From assembly GCA_026415505.1 (NCBI GenBank), contig JAOAGY010000009.1:71818-135817 (forward strand): 64,000 nt of DNA, read 5' to 3'. Both the position numbers and the translations under genes were made by a program. This stretch comes from Chlorobiota bacterium. Lineage in GTDB: Bacteria; Bacteroidota; Ignavibacteria; Kapaibacteriales; NICIL-2. The notes beneath the pieces are model-generated. The model was not told where the DNA came from, did not search any database, and saw only the letters and a program-made list of their open reading frames with translations. Below are positions 52,727 to 62,126 of this stretch, piece after piece (the stretch's first letter is position 1; each line of letters starts with the position of its first letter).

Positions 52727-55700
52727 ATGCACACACGTTCGATATTTCTCGCAGCCAGCGTAGCAGTTTTGTGTTTATCTGCCCAGGGTGCAGTAGCACA
52801 GTCCGCCCATGCACCACGAACGGCAAGCCGAGTTCCGTCGGCAGTGGAACTGCTCACGAACGGTTCTCAAGGCAAGGAATTTTTCGTCTGCTATCCGCTC
52901 AACGACAACCCCGCACAACCACCGACCGCGCGCGAGATTTACATCGCATCGTCGCGCAACACTCGCGTTCGCTATGAGTGCAAGGGTACTGTCAAAGTTT
53001 TCACTGTCCAGGCGATGAAGGTGCTCGTGCTGAAAGAACCCGATGTAGCACTGCCTGAAATCGGTGAAAGCGAAATGATTTCCAATGATGTGATCCATAT
53101 CACTGCTGCCGATCCGATCTCGGTGTACGTGTACAATGGTAAAGTTGTCACATCGGACGGTTACTTAGCGATTCCTGTCCAATCGTGGGGTACGGAGTAC
53201 ATGCACCTGAGCTGGCCCGATTTCAACGAGTTCCGCAATTGGAAATCCGGCTTCTGCATTATCGCTGCCTATCCCGATACACGGGTGAGTATCCAGCTAC
53301 GGAAACCGAATGTCGGTGAATTCGGCATCACCTCAGCCCGGACCGAGAAGGGACGCCGCTATGGAGATAGCTGGACGGTAACTCTGCAACCCGGTCAATG
53401 CTATCTCGTCCAAGGCGATGGCACAACTCGTGGACAGTTCGACCTATCTGGCAGCATCGTTCGATCGAACAAACCGATCGGCTTTTTGAGTTACCATCAG
53501 CGGACGATGATTCCCAGTTGTTGCATATACAACGGTCGTGACCACATGATCGAGATGCTCCCGCCGACATCAACGTGGGGACGGATGTACATCAGCGTCG
53601 AATACGAACGCGGTGGATATGGTGACTTTTTCCGCGTCGTCGCACTGGAAGATGGTACCACGGTTGTCTGTACGTCGTATGACTTCGGCAATAAGCAGAA
53701 ATTGGAAGAGAACATACTTTCCGGCTTGAGACGCGGAGAAGTACGTGGTATTCCGAGTGCAGATGTTGCTACCGACGGACCTGGTCAAATGACCGGAGTT
53801 CGAGGTATGTCGGTATGGAGAGCCAACAAGCCATTTCTCCTCATGCAATACTCTGCATCGGCAGAGTGGGATAACAACAATCTTTTCGACCCGTTCATGA
53901 TTTACATCGTACCGGTCGAGCAGTACACGAAAGCAACAATTTTTCAATCACCATCGAATCCCGCCTATTCTCGCCACAGATTCAACCTCCTTGTTTCAGC
54001 GGATGTCAACGATCCGACGCAGAGCGATATCCGCTCGATCAAAATCGATGGAGTACCGGTCGTGTCATTAGCGCCGAACATATTGGGCAATCGCATACCG
54101 GGAACGAACATCCATTATGCGCGCATCTTCATCAATAACGGACCACATGTCATCGAGGGCAATGCTCCCTTCGGCGGTTACATCTATGGTTGGGGTAGTT
54201 TCGACTCATATGGCTGGCCAGCAGCGACAGCCTATCGCAAGCTCAATGAATTCGACACGATACCACCGCCGTTGTCGCGCAGTGTCGAATGCGGTGACTA
54301 CACCTATACTGCTCGCGAAACAGGACAGGATTTCCGCATCAACGACACGCTCAACCATACCGGTACCGGTGTCAGCGCGATCGATTTCGTCGAGGGCAAG
54401 CAATCGTTCAACTACGCAATCGAAATACTCGATTCCGATGGACAGCCGGTCGAGAACAATCTCGTACCTAACGACCGCAAAAACAGTATCGTAACGTTTC
54501 GTCTCCGCGTCATTGATAAAAGCAAACCAGCGCAAGCATATTTCTACGTCTCCGATCGAGCACTCAATTTCAGCTACGACAGCGTCTTTTGGGTACCGCC
54601 GCAAATCACGATCTCGCCCAATCCGATTGATGCAGGGAAAGTGCGCGTCGGGCGTACAGTCGAGCTGACTGCGACGATCTCGAATTTGGCTGATTCGACG
54701 TTTCTGATCAAGGAGCTGCGATTGCAAAAAGGAACTGCGTTCCGAATCACCGAGCCGATCGTACCACCGAGTGGACTTCCACTGCCTCCGCGTGGTTCTC
54801 TCGTCGTCAAGCTCAGCTACACACCGACCACCGAACACCTGCGGGACAACGAACGTGACGAAGACTCGCTTTTTGTCGTCGAACAGTGCACGCCATTTGC
54901 CGTCCTCGTGATCGGTAAGGGCGTACAGCCGCACATCGTCGTGGACGACTGGGATGCCGGTACGGTATCGGTTGGTTCGACACGCTGCCATTCACAGCAA
55001 CTCTCTCGCGGTCTGCGGATACGCAATCCGGGTACCGACACATTGACGGTGAGTGCAATTGATCGCTCGACTATCCAACCGCCATTTACGCTGACCGATC
55101 CGACAACTCCTCCGCTTCCGATCGTCATTCCGCCTGGCGGCGAAGCATATCTGACGGAGCTGTGTTTCTCCCCGACGACCCAAGACACGTTTTCGATCGT
55201 CGTCCACTTTGAAAGCGATGCGCCAGGTACTGCTGGTGACAAACCGTGGTCCCAGTGGAAGGGGCGTTCTATCTTGCCGGGACCGGTCGTCGTCGGTAAC
55301 AACTGGGGACGCGTTCGCGTGGGTACAACGAAGGTTCTCGATGGACTCGTGCGCAACGACGGACAAGACAACGTCGAGTGCACGGCACTGTATCTCCCTA
55401 CTGGAGAACGGAACTTCCGCATCGTCGGTCAGGATCGCAATCCGCCATTTACGCTGTTCCCGAACGGACAAGATGTCGTCAAGGTACAGATCGCCTGTAC
55501 ACCCACAACCGAATTCGATCTGACAAGCCGACTCATCGGTGACTTTACTGGGGTCGGAACTCGCGACGACGCCTTGACAGCATTTGGTTACCTGGAGAAA
55601 ATCGCAGCAACGGGAGCAATTTTCCGGACCCCTGTCCTCGTCGGAACAAGCGTTCAAAGCCAGGTAGGCACACTCGAACAATTCGTCACGATCACGAACA

Positions 55701-57082
55701 CCAGTCAATCGGCTGATCTGAAGGTGTATCGTGTCGAGATTCTACCGGTCCGCGATCCGAATCAGAACATCTACCCCGAAGATTTTGTCCTGCTCGACAC
55801 ACCGCAGGACATAACACTCCCGATCGGTTCGTCCCCCGAATTGCTCCGTGTTCAATTCACTCCATCGGGTGCAGGCGAGCGACGAGCGCTTGTTCGCATT
55901 TACCATAACGCGGAGCCACCGATTGCATCCCCGACGGGACAGACCGACACCACGGTAGTTCTCGTTGGCTATGGCTATACGGTCAACGTGCCGGAGCTGA
56001 CCGGCTACGATTTCGGATCAGTGACGACTTGCGATCAGCCTATCGGTTCTGCTACGGTTCGCAATACGGCTCCCGCTGGCACACCGAGCGCCGATATCGA
56101 GGTCATTGATGCGACGATAACGGGTGCCGATGCTGCATACTTTACGCTTACCAGTCCGCCGACGCCGGCTTCACCGCTTATTGTACCGGCTGGCGAAACT
56201 CGACCGATCGAGATACGATTCTCGCCCGATCAGCCCCGCGGTTATCAGGCTCTCATCCGCGTCACGTACCGTGGCGGACAGACCGACAGTGCGATCGTGC
56301 AAGGCGTCGGCTATGTCATTCCGGTCGAGATCGTCCCGCAATTTGCCATGAAGCTGGTCAATTTCCGTCAAGGCAGCGATGTAGGTGCCGGCATTCGAGC
56401 ATCGTCGCGAGATTGGAACAGTGCAGCAGTTACTTCCTTCGATCTCAAGCTCCGCTACAATGGCAAACAGTTGCTCTATGTGCCCAACAGCATCCAACGT
56501 GGCTCTGCTCTCGATGGCAGTTGGCAAATAACGGCTGATGAGCAATTGCTCGATGCAGCGACCCAGACTTTCGAACTGAGAGTGCACGGCAACGGACAAA
56601 CACCTATCGCCAGAGACGGAAATTTGGCGGACATGCGCTTTACGGTGCTCGTAAGCGATATGCCCTCACAGCGATTCGCGCGACTCGAAGCAGTCGAATT
56701 CATCGGCTCGGGAACAACCAACACACCTCGACGCTGCATCATCCCGACTTTGTTCGCCGACAGCGTGCTACCAACGACCTGTTTCATGGACGGTCGCTTC
56801 GTGGTCATCAGTGAGACACCATTTTCGATCATGGATGTCGATCCGCATCCCGCCAGCGGCGAGTCGGTCACTCTTCGTTTCAGCGTCGGTTTCGATGCGC
56901 CAACGAGCATACGTCTTTACGACGCACTCGGCACACCACAACGGACAATCCTCGACGGAGATTTACCGAAAGGTTCATACAGCGTCGAAGTACCTATCGG
57001 CGGCATGAGCAGCGGACTGTACTTCGTTCGCTTCGAGAGCGGTCCAGTCAGCGCGACACGTCAGCTCCTCATTGTTCGCTGA
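52727..57082 (+). CDS. Large secreted protein: IgGFc-binding-like N-domain, Ig-like (ASH/choice-of-anchor D) repeats, cohesin-like domain, T9SS type A CTD
   Basis: RBS GGAGGAGG; signal peptide; GKEFF.., SDGYLAIP..WG.EY, EMLPP..WG..Y, DPFM..PVEQY, SYGWPA; repeated D[FW]G.V..N..F.P; CTD ending SSGLYFVR..LLIVR. Confidence 0.85.
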   Translation: MHTRSIFLAASVAVLCLSAQGAVAQSAHAPRTASRVPSAVELLTNGSQGKEFFVCYPLNDNPAQPPTAREIYIASSRNTRVRYECKGTVKVFTVQAMKVLVLKEPDVALPEIGESEMISNDVIHITAADPISVYVYNGKVVTSDGYLAIPVQSWGTEYMHLSWPDFNEFRNWKSGFCIIAAYPDTRVSIQLRKPNVGEFGITSARTEKGRRYGDSWTVTLQPGQCYLVQGDGTTRGQFDLSGSIVRSNKPIGFLSYHQRTMIPSCCIYNGRDHMIEMLPPTSTWGRMYISVEYERGGYGDFFRVVALEDGTTVVCTSYDFGNKQKLEENILSGLRRGEVRGIPSADVATDGPGQMTGVRGMSVWRANKPFLLMQYSASAEWDNNNLFDPFMIYIVPVEQYTKATIFQSPSNPAYSRHRFNLLVSADVNDPTQSDIRSIKIDGVPVVSLAPNILGNRIPGTNIHYARIFINNGPHVIEGNAPFGGYIYGWGSFDSYGWPAATAYRKLNEFDTIPPPLSRSVECGDYTYTARETGQDFRINDTLNHTGTGVSAIDFVEGKQSFNYAIEILDSDGQPVENNLVPNDRKNSIVTFRLRVIDKSKPAQAYFYVSDRALNFSYDSVFWVPPQITISPNPIDAGKVRVGRTVELTATISNLADSTFLIKELRLQKGTAFRITEPIVPPSGLPLPPRGSLVVKLSYTPTTEHLRDNERDEDSLFVVEQCTPFAVLVIGKGVQPHIVVDDWDAGTVSVGSTRCHSQQLSRGLRIRNPGTDTLTVSAIDRSTIQPPFTLTDPTTPPLPIVIPPGGEAYLTELCFSPTTQDTFSIVVHFESDAPGTAGDKPWSQWKGRSILPGPVVVGNNWGRVRVGTTKVLDGLVRNDGQDNVECTALYLPTGERNFRIVGQDRNPPFTLFPNGQDVVKVQIACTPTTEFDLTSRLIGDFTGVGTRDDALTAFGYLEKIAATGAIFRTPVLVGTSVQSQVGTLEQFVTITNTSQSADLKVYRVEILPVRDPNQNIYPEDFVLLDTPQDITLPIGSSPELLRVQFTPSGAGERRALVRIYHNAEPPIASPTGQTDTTVVLVGYGYTVNVPELTGYDFGSVTTCDQPIGSATVRNTAPAGTPSADIEVIDATITGADAAYFTLTSPPTPASPLIVPAGETRPIEIRFSPDQPRGYQALIRVTYRGGQTDSAIVQGVGYVIPVEIVPQFAMKLVNFRQGSDVGAGIRASSRDWNSAAVTSFDLKLRYNGKQLLYVPNSIQRGSALDGSWQITADEQLLDAATQTFELRVHGNGQTPIARDGNLADMRFTVLVSDMPSQRFARLEAVEFIGSGTTNTPRRCIIPTLFADSVLPTTCFMDGRFVVISETPFSIMDVDPHPASGESVTLRFSVGFDAPTSIRLYDALGTPQRTILDGDLPKGSYSVEVPIGGMSSGLYFVRFESGPVSATRQLLIVR

Positions 57083-57150
57083 TCAGGTGACGCGACACCG
57101 ATAGCTCGGTACCGAAACGTGTGTGGGTACCACCACGCGATACAAACTAT

Positions 57151-57192
57151 GCGGGGCACTCGGCACTGTTGCAGAGTGCCTCGCTCGTTTTT
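57151..57192 (+). terminator. Rho-independent terminator
   Basis: GCGGGGCACTC...GAGTGCCTCGC stem followed by TCGTTTTT, between convergent genes. Confidence 0.6.
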
Positions 57193-59332
57193 ATGCCATC
57201 GGCAACGTGATCAGTGCAACATTCCCCTCCTCGCCGAGCGTTTCGACGCTGAGCGTGCCCCCTACTCGCCGTATCTGGGTTGCTGCTAATCCGAGATGGT
57301 AGAGGATATCTTCGCAATCGTCGCTCAACGCCTCGACCAATTGATTCAGACAGCGGTTGTAGCGAGAGATCATCGTGGAAACTTGACGAGCAAAGGGCGA
57401 CAGCACCTGAAGCTCGAGCACGTGCTCTTGAGTATTGACAATTGTCGTGATTTCGATCGCACCGCCTTGTACGCCACGGCTGAGTGCGGTAAAAAGGTTT
57501 GCAAGTCCAGCCGCCACGAGAGCTTCATCCACACCAATCTTGGCTGTTCCATCCACACTTCGTTCGATAAACGAGCAGCTACCGCCGTTGCTCTTGTAGC
57601 TATTCTCAGCGCTGCGGAGAATCGTTTGCAGTTCCGTGGCGCACTCGCTCTGTTGCAACTCATCCTGCGCAATATCGAGCAGATCGCTGACGATGGCAAA
57701 GAGTCTGTCGGAGCTTTCGTTTGCAAGCTTGACAAACCGCATTTGTCGGTCGTCGCTTGCGTCCATCGTCATCACCATCTGATGCATCCCGTCGAGTGTC
57801 GTCACCAGCGACGAACGCAGGTAGCGCGTCAGTCGTCGGATGAACGCTGATTTCGATGCGTTGGCTTCTTGAGCCAATTGTTCTGCCAGTTGCACTTGCC
57901 GAGCGCGGAGCTGCAGTTCTTGCTGTGCTTGGCGTTCGAGTGTGATATCGCGTGCGACGACGTATGCCACTCCCTCCGTGCGTACGATCGAGATGTTCCA
58001 ACCGATCCATCGCAGCGACCCGTCGCGGGCGAGCATACCGAGCTCGACGGAATGTTCGTCGCTGGTGCGATCAGCCAGCGTGCTCAGGAGCTTGATTCGC
58101 TCTGGCTCGGTGGCGACGTACTGCGTCGCAAGCGTTCCGACGACATCCGATGGTGCATATCCGAGCGTGTGCTCGATCGCAGGATTGACGCTCTGCCAGC
58201 GACCATCGAGCGTGATGGTGCCGATGATGTCGCGCGAGGATTCGAGAATGCGTCGGTTGCCTTCCGTGATGCGATCGGCAAGCGCGATTGCACGCTGGTG
58301 CCCACTCATTACCGATAGCACAAAACCGCACAGCACCGCTGTCGTTATCAATCCGCCGACGAGAGCGAATATCCCGAAGTAGTTCTCTATCCCGTGCGTC
58401 AGTGCTGGTGCGCTTTGGAACTCCAACTTGAATTGGCGGTCACCGATCGCGATGGTGCGCTCCGTTCGGAATGCGCTCGGATCGTTGCGGTCCCAACCGC
58501 TTGCACCGAGACCGAACGATGCAATGACCACTGGCGATTGTGTTGTCCATTCGTCGAGGACACGGAACTCGACGTTACGATCGGACGCGACACTATCGCC
58601 GAGCGAGGTGCGGAGAAAACGAGCGACATCCATCTCGACAAAGAGGATACCATCGAAACGCGTGTGCGCAGTCGGCAACAGAACGTCGTTTCGATTGCCT
58701 TTTTGCTGAGTGGCGATCATCAGAAAGAGACTCGCCGTGTCGGAGCTGAAACGAAATACCTTCGATGCAACGATCGTGCGTTTCTGCTGCGCACGGCTAA
58801 TGGCATCGGCAAGTTCGACTCGACTGAGCAAATCGTAGCCGACGACATCCTTCCGTTCGGGATACGGCACGACGTAGAGCACTGGTATGTACTGCGGTCG
58901 CGAACCAGGAGGACGTACTGCATAGTCGTAGTATCGCTCCGACCGCGCATAGAACGTGAACTCGCCAAGCTCCCGCGCTGAGACGATGTTCGCATACCCG
59001 ATACTGCGAATGGCTGGATTCGATTCTGCCGGTACCGTCGAATACAACTCGAAGACATCGCGCACCACTTGCACGCTGTTGCGATAGAGTGCATCGAGAT
59101 TGCGCAGCACATTCTCGTAGGTTGTCGTCCCCTGCTCCAATCGTGTGACGACCGAATTGACAGCCTTGTCGAACTCCATTTGACGACGCGTTTGAAGCGA
59201 GCTATCGAGCAGCCGCATAATGCCATAGCTGAGCGCAATCCCTGCGACTGCGATCAATAACACTTGGAGATACTTTCGCAACGGCAATCGAACGCTCGTA
59301 TCGCTGCGGGCAACTGTTTGTGCAGTGTACAT
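57191..59332 (-). CDS. CHASE-PAS sensor with degenerate histidine-kinase module (probable pseudokinase)
   Basis: TM-CHASE (Y.PV.YV.P..VGYDL)-TM-PAS (VNPA..LGY..RDIT)-ANASKSAFIRRLTRYLRSSL with no His; N and G boxes eroded. Confidence 0.8.
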   Translation of the reverse strand: MYTAQTVARSDTSVRLPLRKYLQVLLIAVAGIALSYGIMRLLDSSLQTRRQMEFDKAVNSVVTRLEQGTTTYENVLRNLDALYRNSVQVVRDVFELYSTVPAESNPAIRSIGYANIVSARELGEFTFYARSERYYDYAVRPPGSRPQYIPVLYVVPYPERKDVVGYDLLSRVELADAISRAQQKRTIVASKVFRFSSDTASLFLMIATQQKGNRNDVLLPTAHTRFDGILFVEMDVARFLRTSLGDSVASDRNVEFRVLDEWTTQSPVVIASFGLGASGWDRNDPSAFRTERTIAIGDRQFKLEFQSAPALTHGIENYFGIFALVGGLITTAVLCGFVLSVMSGHQRAIALADRITEGNRRILESSRDIIGTITLDGRWQSVNPAIEHTLGYAPSDVVGTLATQYVATEPERIKLLSTLADRTSDEHSVELGMLARDGSLRWIGWNISIVRTEGVAYVVARDITLERQAQQELQLRARQVQLAEQLAQEANASKSAFIRRLTRYLRSSLVTTLDGMHQMVMTMDASDDRQMRFVKLANESSDRLFAIVSDLLDIAQDELQQSECATELQTILRSAENSYKSNGGSCSFIERSVDGTAKIGVDEALVAAGLANLFTALSRGVQGGAIEITTIVNTQEHVLELQVLSPFARQVSTMISRYNRCLNQLVEALSDDCEDILYHLGLAATQIRRVGGTLSVETLGEEGNVALITLPMA

Positions 59333-59432
59333 AACGACCTAACCTGTCGCTTGTGGGCAGGTTAGTGTATCGGCGATTTGCGGGAAAAATGTAGGGCAAG
59401 CGACACTCGACAGTCCTGTTGAGTCCCTGCCG

Positions 59433-60785
59433 CTATTGAACGATGGTGATTTCGACGCGGCGGTTCGCAGCACGACCTTGCGGTGTTCGGTTGCTCTGAA
59501 TCGGACTGCGTGCTCCCAAGCCTGACGCCAACAGTCGTTCGCGCGGGATACCCTTGCTCAGCAAGTAACGAACCACCTGCAAAGCTCTTTCGTCGGATAC
59601 ACGCTGCGTTTGTGCCGGGGAGCCGCCAAAGTTATCCGAGTGCCCGACGATGCGTACTTCCGCTCGCGGATTTTGCTTGAGGTACTCAGCGACAGCATCG
59701 AGGTAGCGTCGCATTTCGTCGGTCAACGCTGTATCGGTCGGGCTGCTGTAACCACTGAAGATTTGCAATTGATTCGGCACGATACGCGGAAGCGGTCGAG
59801 ATACCGCTGGAGTCGGTGCAGGTGGAGGCACAATGTCGGCTTCTGCGATCGTCGGCAACAGCGTCGCGATGTAAAGACCCTGCGTCGGTCGGACCGGAAC
59901 GGTCAGTTGATGTACACCCGCGATCGGCGGTGCTGCTTGCTGCAGAGCATTCGGATTGCGCGGCAGAATCATTTCGGTGACGACGTCCTCGCCGAAGGTC
60001 AGACTGGCACCGCCACGGAGATAGGCACTGTTCCAGTTCGATCCATTTTTCGAATAGATCGTCGTTCCAATGTGCAGCGTTACGAACGGCGTCAGCGTCA
60101 TCCGCCAATTGCCGATGAGCCCAGCGAACAAATCCCAACCCGCACCGATGTGACCACCGACACGAAGATAGTTCGGTTGGAAACCGACGGTACGTTGAAC
60201 GTCGATACGTTCTTCATTGTAGCGTACATCGGTCCGTTCGAGAGATTTCGTCGTCAACACATCGACATCCAAACCCGCCAGAAAATGAAGACCGGGATAA
60301 TCGGAGTAGTTGTAGCGTGCCCGCGGCATGAAGGTGACGTATGTGAGCACGTTCTGGGCGACGATCGTGTTGTCCAGCTCGAACGATGGATTGACCGGCA
60401 GTCCTGGAACACGCGTCACTGAAGTCGTTTGCCGAACGTCGAATATGCTCGCCATAAACGAGACTCCCCACCGAGACCCCATCGGGTGGTACACATACTC
60501 GCCGCCGATGCCGATACCGCCACCGCCGACACCGCCACTGTTGAGCAACAAGTACCCATCGGTCGGGCAAACCAGATTTGCCGGTATGATGAGCTTGCCA
60601 AAATGCATGTGGTATGTGCCGGAAATCATCGGACCGACGCGCCAATCACCGGGCGAACGCATCATGATGACTGTATCGCCGTCGTCGCGGACGAATCGCA
60701 AGCCGAGTGTGTCGATCCCTGCCACCTGCGACCAGAGCGGCACACTTGCAAACAACACAACCATCAGGACACGAATCGAACGCAT
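59433..60785 (-). CDS. Outer-membrane barrel plus OmpA-like domain protein
   Basis: Signal peptide, beta-strands, Pro-rich linker, IVGHSD..VSDERA..V..YL..GI..NRRVEI. Confidence 0.88.
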   Translation of the reverse strand: MRSIRVLMVVLFASVPLWSQVAGIDTLGLRFVRDDGDTVIMMRSPGDWRVGPMISGTYHMHFGKLIIPANLVCPTDGYLLLNSGGVGGGGIGIGGEYVYHPMGSRWGVSFMASIFDVRQTTSVTRVPGLPVNPSFELDNTIVAQNVLTYVTFMPRARYNYSDYPGLHFLAGLDVDVLTTKSLERTDVRYNEERIDVQRTVGFQPNYLRVGGHIGAGWDLFAGLIGNWRMTLTPFVTLHIGTTIYSKNGSNWNSAYLRGGASLTFGEDVVTEMILPRNPNALQQAAPPIAGVHQLTVPVRPTQGLYIATLLPTIAEADIVPPPAPTPAVSRPLPRIVPNQLQIFSGYSSPTDTALTDEMRRYLDAVAEYLKQNPRAEVRIVGHSDNFGGSPAQTQRVSDERALQVVRYLLSKGIPRERLLASGLGARSPIQSNRTPQGRAANRRVEITIVQ

Positions 60786-60791
60786 GGCTCG

Positions 60792-62126
60792 CTATCGCAA
60801 CAGTTGAATCTTCAAAATCGCGCGCGACAGCTCGACAGTCGGATCGTCCACCGGACGCGCGATCAACACGACGGTGTACAGTCCCTGTGAGGCTTGATCG
60901 GGAGCATTCCACACGATCGTATTGACGCTGCCGGATGTCGTTCGTGGTACGACGACATTATCGAGCAGCAATGCCAGTTCTTTACCGGTTACGTCGTACA
61001 CCTTCGCAGTGATTCGAACGCGATCTTCGACCGTGTATCGAATCGTCGCTTGGGTCGTCGTCGGATTCGGGTACACGGTCGCCGACGAGATTACGCTGAT
61101 CGGGATACGAATCGAGGTCGTATCGAGAAATCGCCGACTGCCGTCGTACATGATTGCCGACAGCTCGTATTCGTACTCGATGTCGCGGAAGTTGACCGTA
61201 TCGGGCGTGGACATCGTGTAGTCGAATCCCACCGTCGTCGTGCCCTTCGAAAAGAGTGCAGTATCGAACGGTACCCCGAAGCGCCGAATCTCGGTGAACT
61301 CGGTTTGGCTCGGAGGAAGAGTCGAACACAAACACCGCCGACGGATGACGAAACCGCGAACGCCTTGTTCGCACAACGTCTTCCAATGAAGCTGCACGAG
61401 CCGATCGCCCAAATACTCCGCGCGGAAACTTCCCGCTTCGAGCGTCAAGCACGGCTCGGGCGCCGGTGCGACACGAAACGAATCGGTTCGCACGACAACT
61501 CGATCGAGTGTGCTGTCAATCCGTGGATAGTTTCGCATCTCGATGTTGTCGTCCGCCCGATACCAACGAACACCGTAGGCTATGCTGTCCACTTCGAGCT
61601 TGTAGGCATTGGCTTGGTAGTAGTCGTGTGGTTCCATCCACGCGATCGAGCTACCGATGCGCCCGCCGTCGGTCATCGTCACACGGAAACGCCCCAGCCG
61701 CAGCGTCGAATCGAGCGGGAAATACTTCGCATCACGAAACTCATCTGGACCGTAGATGAACACGGAAATCCAGCCGTCGTGCAAGCTGATGCAGTAGCTG
61801 TATGCCGTCAACGGTGCATTCGCATACGAAGCGATCGGAAGATCGGAGCTATTCGGCAGCAGCTCGACGCGCATCGCCGACGGTGTGTATCGGCTACTTG
61901 CAACTCCGACGATCTGAAACTGGAAGGTACCGTTTGCCCATCGTTCCCAAACGTTCGATGTTCGGCGGAGCGTGAGCGAAAATTCGATCGTCTGCGGATC
62001 GACAATCGCGACGTCCTCGATAGAAACGATGGAGAGAATTTCGCGCTCGATCGTCTGTGCGCTGGACGTTCGGACAAGTCCTGCCAGCGCGAAAAACCCG
62101 AATACTGTCAGCACTACTCGTTTCAT
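60792..62126 (-). CDS. Secreted T9SS type A cargo with N-terminal cohesin-like beta-sandwich
   Basis: Signal peptide; VQLHWKT..E..GF.I.R FN3-like module; CTD VYPNP..VYDVTGK..GLY..IQLLR. Confidence 0.78.
   Translation of the reverse strand: MKRVVLTVFGFFALAGLVRTSSAQTIEREILSIVSIEDVAIVDPQTIEFSLTLRRTSNVWERWANGTFQFQIVGVASSRYTPSAMRVELLPNSSDLPIASYANAPLTAYSYCISLHDGWISVFIYGPDEFRDAKYFPLDSTLRLGRFRVTMTDGGRIGSSIAWMEPHDYYQANAYKLEVDSIAYGVRWYRADDNIEMRNYPRIDSTLDRVVVRTDSFRVAPAPEPCLTLEAGSFRAEYLGDRLVQLHWKTLCEQGVRGFVIRRRCLCSTLPPSQTEFTEIRRFGVPFDTALFSKGTTTVGFDYTMSTPDTVNFRDIEYEYELSAIMYDGSRRFLDTTSIRIPISVISSATVYPNPTTTQATIRYTVEDRVRITAKVYDVTGKELALLLDNVVVPRTTSGSVNTIVWNAPDQASQGLYTVVLIARPVDDPTVELSRAILKIQLLR

Noticed and set aside
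57100-57140. Two GGTACC-centred small palindromes
   Set aside because: Too short and not repeated elsewhere, so they cannot support a REP or operator call.
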